Assembly (NCBI GenBank): GCA_947259075.1
Contig: CAMYKQ010000057.1
Coordinates: 135,246 to 199,245, forward strand
DNA: 64,000 nt
Reading direction: 5' to 3'
Source: an uncultured Gammaproteobacteria bacterium
GTDB lineage: Bacteria > Pseudomonadota > Gammaproteobacteria > DRLM01
Positions 1 to 13,847 of the stretch are shown here, piece by piece (within the stretch, counting starts at the first letter, position 1; every line of letters begins with the position of its first letter). A program made the translations under genes and the position numbers. The notes below the pieces were generated by a model that was not told the origin of the DNA, ran no database searches, and saw only the letters and a program-made list of their open reading frames with translations.

Positions 1-338
1 CGCACGCGGGCTGTGACTTCATCATCGCCGAAAAACAACGGCTGTCCGATCACGAGGTGCGCATCACGCTGCCGCCAGGGGAACTGCGCGGCCGTACCGC
101 GGTCATCATTGACGATATCGCGAGCACCGGCCGCACGCTCGCCGCCACCGCGACATTGTTGCGCGAAGCGGGCGCGGCGGCGGTACACTGTTGCATAACC
201 CACGCCTTGTTCGCGGAGAATGCTGAACAAGAATTGCAGCAAGCCAGCGTGCAAGAAATTTGGAGCAGCGACAGCATACCGCACGCCAGCAACGCATTTT
301 CCCTCGCGCCCTTGCTCGCCGAGGCCATAGAAGGATAA
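1..338 (+). CDS. ribose-phosphate pyrophosphokinase/phosphoribosyltransferase family protein, C-terminal fragment (gene starts upstream of window)
   Basis: Open frame runs from position 3 with no upstream stop. PRPP-binding loop VIIDDIASTGRTL. C-terminal region is collinear with Prs C-termini. Confidence 0.7.
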   Translation, partial: HAGCDFIIAEKQRLSDHEVRITLPPGELRGRTAVIIDDIASTGRTLAATATLLREAGAAAVHCCITHALFAENAEQELQQASVQEIWSSDSIPHASNAFSLAPLLAEAIEG

Positions 339-347
339 GGAGAACAC

Positions 348-1010
348 ATGCCCAGCAACCCGTTTCAGATGATTGCATTCATCATCGTGCTGGGGCTGCT
401 GCTGACCTTTATCCAAATCGGCGTGCTCACCATCGCCTTCGAAAAACTCGGGCTCTCGACGCAGTCGGCGTTTCTCTTATTGTTCTGCTCCTTATTCGGC
501 AGCGGCATCAACCTGCCCTTGATAAAGGTAAACGCCGAACGCCCTCCGGCGGACAGCATCCCCGAACACTTGCGCACCCTATTAGAATACAATCTGCGCC
601 GCTTCAACGGCACCACCCTCCTCGCCGTTAATGTCGGCGGCTGCATGATCCCGGTGCTGTTTTGTTATTACTTGTTGCAACACCACCCGATACCGCTGCA
701 CGATGCCGTCATCGCCACCGTGATCGTGGCGCTCATCAGCCGGCTCACCAGCCGCCCAGTGCCAGGCCTAGGAATAGGCATGCCGATCTTCGTCGGCCCC
801 ATCGCCGCGGCGGTGACGGCGGTGGGCATCAACCCCGAGCTCAGCGCACCGCTGGCTTACATCTGCGGCACCCTGGGCGTATTGATCGGCGCCGATCTAC
901 TGCGGCTGCGCGACATCCGCAAAATGGGCGCCCCCACCGCCTCCATCGGTGGCGCCGGTACTTTCGATGGCATTTTCATCACCGGTATTGTCGCCGTATT
1001 ACTGGCTTAA
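348..1010 (+). CDS. polytopic membrane protein, DUF1614-like
   Basis: AAGGAG RBS 7 nt upstream of the ATG. Multiple hydrophobic helices. The DUF1614 family is often paired with Prs-like genes. Confidence 0.55.
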   Translation: MPSNPFQMIAFIIVLGLLLTFIQIGVLTIAFEKLGLSTQSAFLLLFCSLFGSGINLPLIKVNAERPPADSIPEHLRTLLEYNLRRFNGTTLLAVNVGGCMIPVLFCYYLLQHHPIPLHDAVIATVIVALISRLTSRPVPGLGIGMPIFVGPIAAAVTAVGINPELSAPLAYICGTLGVLIGADLLRLRDIRKMGAPTASIGGAGTFDGIFITGIVAVLLA

Positions 1011-1154
1011 ATAAGGGTTTACTTGTACAGCAACAAGAAGTTCCAGGCATAGGCTTAGACCACATCTAAGCGCACGCCCTGCTGATGAGAGTGTGATAGC
1101 ATCGCAAACATCAAAGAGGCATTTAGGCGATAATAAATAATCGGTGGCGGCACC

Positions 1155-2297
1155 ATGGATAAACATGAGTACACGCTGAGCGAGCTGAATAAAAGCATTC
1201 CTTTGTCGCAGAAACTCAATTTCGTGCACAAGGCGCTTGCCCAGCACCTGCCCGAAGTGGACCGCATCTCGGTCGCGGTATACGACCCTAAAACCGATTT
1301 GCTGAAAACCTTCATCCATTCCAGCGGCGGCGCCGACCCGCTGTCCAATTATCAAGCCCTGCTCAGCGGACTCGACTCCTTGCAAGAAATCATCCGCACG
1401 GGCAAGCCGCGCGTGGTGAACAATATTGGCCTGGACTACCACGGCAAGCAAGAGCACAGCCGTAAGATCAGCGTGCAAGGTTACGGTTCCAGCTATACCT
1501 TGCCCATGTATCTCAATGGTGTTTTTTTCGGTTTCGTGTTCTTTAACTCCTATCAGAAAAACGCCTTCGCGGAGTCCGCGCTGGAGAGCTTGGATCTATA
1601 CGGCCATTTGATCTCACTCACGGTGATTAACGAACTAACCCTGTTCCACACCATGCTGGCGGCGGTAAAGACCGCGCGCGATATGACCGCCCACCGCGAC
1701 GTTGAGACTGGCGCCCACCTCGATCGCATGTCGCGCTTCGCGCGCCTCATCGCCAAGGTTCTAGCACCGAAATACAACTTTAACGATGAAGACATCGAGC
1801 ATATTTTCCTCTTCGCGCCCTTGCACGACATCGGCAAAATCAGCGTGCCCGACAGCATTTTGCACAAACCCAAACACCTCAATCCGCAAGAATTCGAGAT
1901 CATGAAGCAACACGCGGTGAAGGGCCGTGAGATGATCGACAGCATGCTCGCGGAGTTCAATCTGGAATCCTTGCCGTATGTCGACACCCTGCGCCACATC
2001 ACCGAACTGCATCACGAAAAAATCGACGCCAGCGGCTATCCGCATGGCCTCAAGGGCGATGAAATCCCCATCGAGGCGCGCATCATCGCGGTAGCGGACA
2101 TCTTCGACGCCCTCACCAGTCAGCGCCCTTACAAAGCGGCCTGGGCCAATGACCAAGCCTTCGCCTTGCTGCGCACCTTGGCGGGTCGTAAATTAGACGC
2201 CGACTGCGTCCAGGCGCTCGTGGATAACCGTGACAAGGTAGAGCGGATTCAAGATCAGTTTGGTTCCAAAAACAGCTTGTCCGGCAACGCGAACTAA
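1155..2297 (+). CDS. GAF-domain / HD-GYP-domain phosphodiesterase (c-di-GMP signalling)
   Basis: HDIGKISVPDSIL (HD motif) and HHEKIDASGYPHGLKGDEIP (GYP motif). N-terminal GAF-like region. Confidence 0.8.
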   Translation: MDKHEYTLSELNKSIPLSQKLNFVHKALAQHLPEVDRISVAVYDPKTDLLKTFIHSSGGADPLSNYQALLSGLDSLQEIIRTGKPRVVNNIGLDYHGKQEHSRKISVQGYGSSYTLPMYLNGVFFGFVFFNSYQKNAFAESALESLDLYGHLISLTVINELTLFHTMLAAVKTARDMTAHRDVETGAHLDRMSRFARLIAKVLAPKYNFNDEDIEHIFLFAPLHDIGKISVPDSILHKPKHLNPQEFEIMKQHAVKGREMIDSMLAEFNLESLPYVDTLRHITELHHEKIDASGYPHGLKGDEIPIEARIIAVADIFDALTSQRPYKAAWANDQAFALLRTLAGRKLDADCVQALVDNRDKVERIQDQFGSKNSLSGNAN

Positions 2298-2381
2298 GGC
2301 ACATGCGATCTTAGCCCTTAACACCGCCCAGCTCGCCGCGTAGAATCGCGGCTGTTTCAGCAATCGACGCGACCACCCGCA

Positions 2382-3227
2382 ATGAGCTCCAAATCCATAT
2401 TGATCACCGGCTGTTCCAGCGGCATCGGCCTGTGTTGCGCGCGGGGTTTGCAGGCGCGCGGTTACCGTGTCTTCGCCAGCGCGCGCAAGGCCGAAGATGT
2501 GGCGGCGCTGCAAGACCAGGGACTGGAAGCGCTGCAATTGGATCTCGACGACTCAAACTCAATTATCACGGCGGTGGATGAGGTGCTCACACGCACCGGC
2601 GGCACACTGGACGCGCTCTTCAATAACGGCGCTTACGGCCAGGCAGGCGCGGTGGAGGATGTAAGCCGCGCCGTTTTGCGCGCCCAGTTCGAGACGAATT
2701 TATTTGGCACGCAGGAACTCAGCAACCGCATCATCCCCGTCATGCGCGCGCAAGGCCATGGCCGCATCGTCTATAACAGCTCCTTACTCGGCCTGGTGGC
2801 CATGCCCTATCGTGGCGCCTATAACGCCAGTAAGTTCGCCCTCGAAGGTCTCGTCGATACCCTGCGGCTGGAATTGGCGGGCAGCGGCATCCATATCGCT
2901 CTAATAGAACCCGGACCGATCAAGAGCCGCTTCCGCGCCAATTCTCTCGCCACTTTTCAGCGCAACATCGACATTGAACGCAGCGCGCACCGTGCCCACT
3001 ACGAGGGCGTGCTCAAACGCCTGGAAAAAATCGGCCCCGCCGCCCCCTTCACCCTACCGCCCGAAGCGGTGTTAAAACGCCTGATTCACGCCTTGGAGCA
3101 CCCGCGCCCCCGGCGCCGCTATCCCGTAACGCTACCCACTTACCTGTTCGCCGTAGCCCGGCGTGTGTTACCCTACGCGGCCCTCGACTGGATGCTGGCG
3201 CGCATATCCCGCAACGAGAATCGTTGA
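2382..3227 (+). CDS. short-chain dehydrogenase/reductase (SDR) family oxidoreductase
   Basis: N-terminal TGCSSGIG Rossmann motif. NSS...Y..SK catalytic pattern (YNASK). Confidence 0.85.
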   Translation: MSSKSILITGCSSGIGLCCARGLQARGYRVFASARKAEDVAALQDQGLEALQLDLDDSNSIITAVDEVLTRTGGTLDALFNNGAYGQAGAVEDVSRAVLRAQFETNLFGTQELSNRIIPVMRAQGHGRIVYNSSLLGLVAMPYRGAYNASKFALEGLVDTLRLELAGSGIHIALIEPGPIKSRFRANSLATFQRNIDIERSAHRAHYEGVLKRLEKIGPAAPFTLPPEAVLKRLIHALEHPRPRRRYPVTLPTYLFAVARRVLPYAALDWMLARISRNENR

Positions 3228-3316
3228 CAACTTCGCGCGCCCCGGCGATTATCACAACAGCAATCCAGCTAGTTTTATACGCATGATTTCTTTAGAATTT
3301 TGAGAGAGAGAGCCCG

Positions 3317-6121
<2,805 letters not shown>

Positions 6122-6122
6122 T

Positions 6123-6887
6123 ATGCGACGTAATCTCATTCCCGCCCTGGCCCTGTGCTGGGGCGGCGCGGCCCATGCCGTGGTCAATATCGAAGACATC
6201 CGCCCCGGCGACCCGCAAGAAGGCTACTCCGGCAGCGCCAACTTCGCGGTGAGCGGCAAGTCGGGCAACGCGGATAAATTGGCCGTCGATGCCGGCGGCC
6301 GCCTGCAATGGCACCGTGACCTCATCACCAATTTCGCCATTCTCAATTACGCCTATGGCCAAAGCCGGGGCGTGCGCGACACCAACAGAACATTCTTTCA
6401 CTTACGGCATATTCAAGAGGCCGGACCGGCGCACTCCTACGAAGCCTTCACCCAAGTGGAAACCAACGAGTTCACCCGTCTGTCTTTTCGCAACCTCATC
6501 GGCGGCGGCGCGCGTTTCACCTTGCAGAAAAATCCGGCGGTGCGCAGCACCCACCTTGGTGTAGGTCTGTTCTATTCCGTCGAAGTGTTGGACAAACAAG
6601 CCGGCCTCACCGACGACGGCCTCAGTGACTTATGGCGTTTCAATGTCTACATCAGCCACAAGCGCCGCTTGAATAGTCAGATGCAGCTCGTCAGCACCAC
6701 CTATTATCAACCGGGAATCGGCAACCCCGGTGACTTCCGCCTCATGGAACAAGCGGCGCTCAATGTCAAAATGACCGAGCAGCTCTCACTGAAAATCGCG
6801 CTCGATATTCTCCACGACAACCGTCCGCCGCAAAGCGTGGAAAAGACCGACACCAGTTACAGTACGGGCATTGAATATCAGTTTTAG
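6123..6887 (+). CDS. DUF481-family outer-membrane beta-barrel protein (YdiY-like)
   Basis: Signal peptide LALCWGGAAHA. Beta-strand-rich sequence ending in aromatic residue. Start is 1 nt after the acnA stop. Confidence 0.65.
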   Translation: MRRNLIPALALCWGGAAHAVVNIEDIRPGDPQEGYSGSANFAVSGKSGNADKLAVDAGGRLQWHRDLITNFAILNYAYGQSRGVRDTNRTFFHLRHIQEAGPAHSYEAFTQVETNEFTRLSFRNLIGGGARFTLQKNPAVRSTHLGVGLFYSVEVLDKQAGLTDDGLSDLWRFNVYISHKRRLNSQMQLVSTTYYQPGIGNPGDFRLMEQAALNVKMTEQLSLKIALDILHDNRPPQSVEKTDTSYSTGIEYQF

Positions 6888-7002
6888 ATTTTAGTAACCG
6901 CGGATTGCCGCGCCCCCTATTCATGGGAACACCCTTTAAGATTTACCGGGAGTAATGCGCCGTGCGTCCGCCGCGAGCAAGACGGCTTAACCAGCTGCCG
7001 TC

Positions 7003-8472
7003 TTATTTCGCCATCACGATCAAGACCGAATCTTGAATTAGACTGGCCAAATTCGCGAGGTCACCGTCTTGCGCGGGCAGTTCACTCAAGGCCACCGTGC
7101 CGTTGGCGAGGGTGTGCAGCATGTTTTCTAAATAGGCCACCTTCACCGCATAATTCACCGCACCCATCGGCATCGCATCACTCGCTTTACCAGTAGAGGT
7201 AGTACCCAGCATTGAGGTCACGATGCCAACGACCTCGCCCTTCATATTCAACAAAGGACCGCCGCTGTTGCCCGACTGTATCGGCACGCTGATCTGAAAA
7301 GTACGGGGATTGTCTTGATAACCCGACTCGCCACTGATAATGCCATTGGCCAGTTTCGGCGCCTTACCCATGACATCGATACGCGGAAAGCCGATGGTGA
7401 ACACACTGCTGCCCAGACGCGCCCCCGTTTTCGCGAGCGGCAGAGAACGCGGCAAGGCCTTGCCATCGATCACCTTCAACAAGGCGATATCATTCTCAGC
7501 ATCCGACATCACGACAACGGCCTGAATCTCATCGCCATGCACCGTCATCAAGGTGATCTGCTCACTGCCCGCCACCACATGATGATTAGTCACCACATAA
7601 GCACCCGCCACCGGCCAACCGGTACCCAGCGAGACGGGCACGCTATCTGATGCCAGACTGGCATCACGCATGGCGGGGAGATCGCCCAAACGAGCCTTGA
7701 GATCCACCAAGGATGCATGTGCCGGGTCATAACGCAGCAAGGCTTGATACGCATCGCGGGCATCGTTCAGCTTAGATTGTGCTATGTACGCAGTGGCGGC
7801 TTTACTCAACCATTGAGCCGCCTCGTTCACATCGCGCTCGACACCTTTACCCATGCCATAGATCATGCCGAGATTGTATTGCGCGCCGGGATGATTTTGC
7901 ACGGCCGCGCGACGCAGCCATTGGATACCTTCCTCGGCGTTCCGCGCTATGCCGTCGCCTTCCACATACAGCATGCCCAGATTGAATTCCGCGATCGCCA
8001 GACCTTGCTCAGCCGATTTTTTATACCAGGTGGCGGCCGTTTCGATATTACGCGCCACGCCCTCACCCAGCGCATACATCAAGGCCAGATTAAATTGTGC
8101 GCCGCCGTGCCCCTGTTCCGCGGCGGCGCGGTACCACTTAATCGCCTGCATCGCGTCATGCGGCACGCCGCGGCCGTAATCATAGGCACCGCCCAGACTC
8201 ACTTGGGCGCTGGCATTGCCGGATTGCGCGAGGGGGAGCCAAATTTGCACCGCGGCTGAATAATCACCCCGTTCATTGAGTGTCCAGGCCCGTGCCAGCG
8301 CGGAGTCCACCTCCGGCGCCGCTTGCGTCAAATTCGTCAGCGCGAAAAATGCTATCAGCAATATAAAGCGCTTGGCGGCGAACCCTAGCAAAAAAGCGCT
8401 GCGTACACGACGCAAGCGGCTCTCACCACTCCATCCATAACCCTGCCGCAAGTCCACTGATAAGTCGCTCAT
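7003..8472 (-). CDS. Sel1-repeat (N-terminal) fused to trypsin-like S1 serine peptidase (C-terminal)
   Basis: Four or more Sel1 repeats (AQFNLALMYALGEGVARN, AEFNLGMLYVEGDGIARN, AQYNLGMIYGMGKGVERD). Trypsin_2-like core with His in VVTNHHVVAG, DIALLKV and Ser in GNSGGPLL. Confidence 0.8.
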   Translation of the reverse strand: MSDLSVDLRQGYGWSGESRLRRVRSAFLLGFAAKRFILLIAFFALTNLTQAAPEVDSALARAWTLNERGDYSAAVQIWLPLAQSGNASAQVSLGGAYDYGRGVPHDAMQAIKWYRAAAEQGHGGAQFNLALMYALGEGVARNIETAATWYKKSAEQGLAIAEFNLGMLYVEGDGIARNAEEGIQWLRRAAVQNHPGAQYNLGMIYGMGKGVERDVNEAAQWLSKAATAYIAQSKLNDARDAYQALLRYDPAHASLVDLKARLGDLPAMRDASLASDSVPVSLGTGWPVAGAYVVTNHHVVAGSEQITLMTVHGDEIQAVVVMSDAENDIALLKVIDGKALPRSLPLAKTGARLGSSVFTIGFPRIDVMGKAPKLANGIISGESGYQDNPRTFQISVPIQSGNSGGPLLNMKGEVVGIVTSMLGTTSTGKASDAMPMGAVNYAVKVAYLENMLHTLANGTVALSELPAQDGDLANLASLIQDSVLIVMAK

Positions 8473-8806
8473 TTTTCACCACCCGCATCGCGATAAACAC
8501 CGGGTAATTTGTCGACAGCTCACCATTTAAACTTTATGCACGCCCAGAAAATCCCCGGCTCAGCGGGTAGTCCAGTAAAGCATATCGCCAGGTCATTACA
8601 CGGTAATAACGCACGAAAATACGGTTAAAAATCACGCGATGTCACTCACGCCATTGAGCATATTTGCAATTGTTGACACTGAGCGACGAGCATATCTCGA
8701 AATATTACCTATACTTCAACACGACGGATCACCAGCCACGGGCGTCAAAGCAGAAATCGTCAGGGTGATTTTTTACCATCAACTTAATCAGAACAGGAGA
8801 CAAACC

Positions 8807-9985
8807 ATGAGGCACAGTACCGCACTCAAAGCCTCTTCGTTCGTACTGCTAGCCTTCGCGCTGGGCGCATGCAGCACCACGGAGACCAAAACCAGTTCAA
8901 TTGATGCCGATGCGCGGCTTGCGGAAATTCAGCAGCGCCAAGCCGACTTAAAAGCCCAAGAATCAAAAATCGCCGAAAGCAAGCGCAGCCTGCAACAAAA
9001 GCAAGCCCAGTTAGATCAAGAAGCCGCGCGTTTAAAACAGGCCGAGGCCGATGCACGCGCCGCCGCCGAGCGTACCGCTCAACGACAAACCACCCCCATG
9101 CAAACCGCGTCCAATGAAATGCTGCCGCCCGCCAAAGCGGGGCAGTGTTATGCGCGCGTCTTCGCGCCACCGCAATATGACCGGGTGACTGAACGGGTTT
9201 TACAGCGCGCCGCCTCAGAACGTATCGAGGTGATTCCCGCCAAGTACGAGACGGTGACCGAACGCGTGCTGGTTCAGGCTGAATCCGAACGCCTCGAGGT
9301 TATTCCCGCGACCTATAAATGGGTGGAAGAGCGAGTGATGATCAAACCCGCCACGCAACGCATCCAGGAAGTACCGCCAGCGTACGAGACGGTGACCGAA
9401 CAAGTGCTGATAAAAGCGGCGCACACGATGTGGAAAAAAGGCACCGGCCCCATTCAGAAGGTCGATCAAGCCACGGGTGAGATCATGTGTCTCGTCGAAG
9501 TGCCTGCCCAATACCAGACCGTGACCAAGCGTGTGCTCAAAACGCCGGCGACTACTCGAGTGACCGAGATCCCCGCCGTTTTCGAGACGGTGAAACAACG
9601 GGTCATAGACCAGCCCGCCTCCACCCGCGTCGTGAAGATTCCCGCCAAATATGACACGGTGAAGGTCACCAAGCTGGTGCAAGCAAGTCAAGAAAAACGC
9701 ATCCCCATCGCCGAGGAATACGCTACCGTCACCAAGATGGTGATGAGCTCCGAGGGTAAAATGGAATGGCGTGAAATTCTCTGTGAAACCAATACCACCC
9801 CCACCCGCATCAGCCAGTTGCAACAAGCCTTGACAAAGGCGGGTTACAACCCCGGCCCGGCGGACGGCATCGTGGGTACGCAGACCATCGCCGCGGTAAA
9901 CGCCTTCCAAAAAGATAAAGGCCTGCCGGTGGATAAATATCTGAATGTCACCACCCTGCAAGCCTTGGGTGTTAGCCCGCGCTGA
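8807..9985 (+). CDS. lipoprotein with coiled-coil, about 8 tandem 23-aa IPAxYETVTERVL repeats and C-terminal peptidoglycan-binding (PG_binding_1) domain
   Basis: ATG at 8807 preceded by AGGAGA RBS. Lipobox LAFALGAC. Repeated xPAxYETVTERVLxxPAxxRxxE units. C-terminal LQQALTKAGYNPGPADGIVGTQTIAAVNAFQ is a PG-binding motif. The upstream in-frame extension to 8639 in the ORF track lacks an RBS. Confidence 0.7.
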   Translation: MRHSTALKASSFVLLAFALGACSTTETKTSSIDADARLAEIQQRQADLKAQESKIAESKRSLQQKQAQLDQEAARLKQAEADARAAAERTAQRQTTPMQTASNEMLPPAKAGQCYARVFAPPQYDRVTERVLQRAASERIEVIPAKYETVTERVLVQAESERLEVIPATYKWVEERVMIKPATQRIQEVPPAYETVTEQVLIKAAHTMWKKGTGPIQKVDQATGEIMCLVEVPAQYQTVTKRVLKTPATTRVTEIPAVFETVKQRVIDQPASTRVVKIPAKYDTVKVTKLVQASQEKRIPIAEEYATVTKMVMSSEGKMEWREILCETNTTPTRISQLQQALTKAGYNPGPADGIVGTQTIAAVNAFQKDKGLPVDKYLNVTTLQALGVSPR

Positions 9986-10022
9986 TTCCCGCACCGAATG
10001 CGCCTAGCGCATATCCCCCTTC

Positions 10023-10047
10023 GGGCCCCTATTGGGGCCCTTTTTTT
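10023..10047 (+). terminator. rho-independent terminator (GGGCCCC-TATT-GGGGCCC + T7)
   Basis: Perfect 7-bp GC stem followed by TTTTTTT, 38 nt after the lipoprotein stop. Confidence 0.75.
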
Positions 10048-10185
10048 ATTCCCTTCCCGCGCCCCCTTAGAAGCAACAAAATGCCCTACTTCTCATTCGA
10101 TGATACAATCGCGTCCCTAAAGCCAGGCCGTGAGCTAAAATCAGGCTCTAGCCCGTTTCTAACCTAAGCCGTTCCCGTATTCATC

Positions 10186-12387
<2,202 letters not shown>

Positions 12388-12388
12388 T

Positions 12389-13366
12389 TTAGTCCGCGTG
12401 CAGGGTTCCTGCCTGCGCGTGCTTATCCGCAAGCCCGCGGCGATATCGCAATAACACGCTAAATCCAAGCAGCATCAGGCCGAGGCTGGACGGCTCGGGG
12501 ATGACGAAGCGTAATTCACTCGTGGATTGATAACGGATATCCGGCCCATCCTGGCCATTGATCAGCCCGGTGACGGGGACGATCCCATCGAATTGCGCCG
12601 CCGGATCAACCGCGGTGAAAATGCTCGAGAGCGTGGTGCTGAAATTCACCGTGGTAAAGCTGCTGAGAAAAAAACTGGGATCAAGGTAGTTCACCGTGGC
12701 GGTGAAGCTGGCGGGTCCGCTCAAATTGAGCGTCACAACACCGGGGTAATCATCCGTCCCGATTTGATCCAAGGTGACCGCGGGGCCTGGGGTGATGGTG
12801 ATCGTGCTGCTGAGCGCGGTTATGCTCGCGGAGAGAATCAGCATACCGTCGTTAAAACCCGTTCCCGCCAAATCGTCCGCATTCGCCGCGGCATGGTACC
12901 AAAGCTCCAGCACGTTCGGCGCGCCGGGCGCGAGTATCGAGTTCGTCACCGCCCCGACCACGGTCGATATTTGTTGCGGGGCTTTTATCATCATGGTGAT
13001 CTCCGTCCCCGGCAACATAGAAATCGCCGGTGAGGGGCCTATCGTATCCTGCATACTGCCCAACTGCGTTTGCAGCAGCGTGTCGAAGGGCGTGACCGTG
13101 CCACTATTCGTAAAATCCGCGAAGGCGGGAACCGCGCCTAGCGCCAGGGCATTACCGGCTTGAAAAAAGAAGGTGTCGATCGTAGCGCCACCCGCCCCTG
13201 AACTCACCCCATCTTGATCAAAGCCAATAGGTCCAAACGTCAGGGACGTCGGCAGGGCCTCGGCCCTGGGCGCAAAACCCACGGCGACGGCAAGCCAGAA
13301 AATAACGGGGAGAAATGTGTTCGCCAAGTAACGCATCTTAAGCCTCTCTTTCAATCGACTCACCAT
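12389..13366 (-). CDS. PEP-CTERM sorting-domain secreted protein
   Basis: Signal peptide. Thr/Ser-rich beta region. C-terminal VIPEPSSLGLMLLGFSVLLRYRR (PEP motif + TM + Arg cluster). Confidence 0.7.
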   Translation of the reverse strand: MVSRLKERLKMRYLANTFLPVIFWLAVAVGFAPRAEALPTSLTFGPIGFDQDGVSSGAGGATIDTFFFQAGNALALGAVPAFADFTNSGTVTPFDTLLQTQLGSMQDTIGPSPAISMLPGTEITMMIKAPQQISTVVGAVTNSILAPGAPNVLELWYHAAANADDLAGTGFNDGMLILSASITALSSTITITPGPAVTLDQIGTDDYPGVVTLNLSGPASFTATVNYLDPSFFLSSFTTVNFSTTLSSIFTAVDPAAQFDGIVPVTGLINGQDGPDIRYQSTSELRFVIPEPSSLGLMLLGFSVLLRYRRGLADKHAQAGTLHAD

Positions 13367-13792
13367 GGAAAATGGCCAGCCTAATCTTAAGCTGATGTTC
13401 TTATGGCTTAACCTCAGTTGAAAATCGGACTGGATGTTTTTATATCCCGCAACGGCCGCGCTCGATCTTAAGCCGGTCCACGCTTAACTATAGTATAGAA
13501 AAGGGCATGCAACGTTCCGCTGACTGTTGCAAACCGCTTTTTCATGGTGGCTTGATTGGAATACAGCCGGAACCGTGGCGGAAGCCGATTTTCCATACCG
13601 TGCCGCCGGAGATTGCATGCATTAGCGCCGCCACTCAATACAGCTTGCCGCAAGCGCCGCGGCATGGCTTAAGCTTCTCGCAAATCGTCAAAAGCAAGAA
13701 CGGGATTGCGCTGGAGCACTTATCGATGCCGCGGATCAAGCACCCGTATTGGCTTTGAAGCGGACCCGTCACACTGCAATGACTCAAACTAT

Positions 13793-13825
13793 AAAGGGGT
13801 GCGATCACACAAATCGCACCCCTTT
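13793..13825 (-). terminator. putative intrinsic terminator hairpin downstream of the C25 peptidase gene
   Basis: AAAGGGGTGCGAT / ATCGCACCCCTTT 13-bp stem. Weak U-tract on the minus strand. Confidence 0.4.
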
Positions 13826-13847
13826 GATGAACGCCATGAGACACGCG

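Noticed and set aside
8639-8806. Upstream in-frame extension of the lipoprotein ORF (start at 8639 in the ORF track)
   Set aside because: No RBS. The extension would bury the signal peptide. ATG at 8807 has an AGGAGA RBS and is followed directly by a lipobox.
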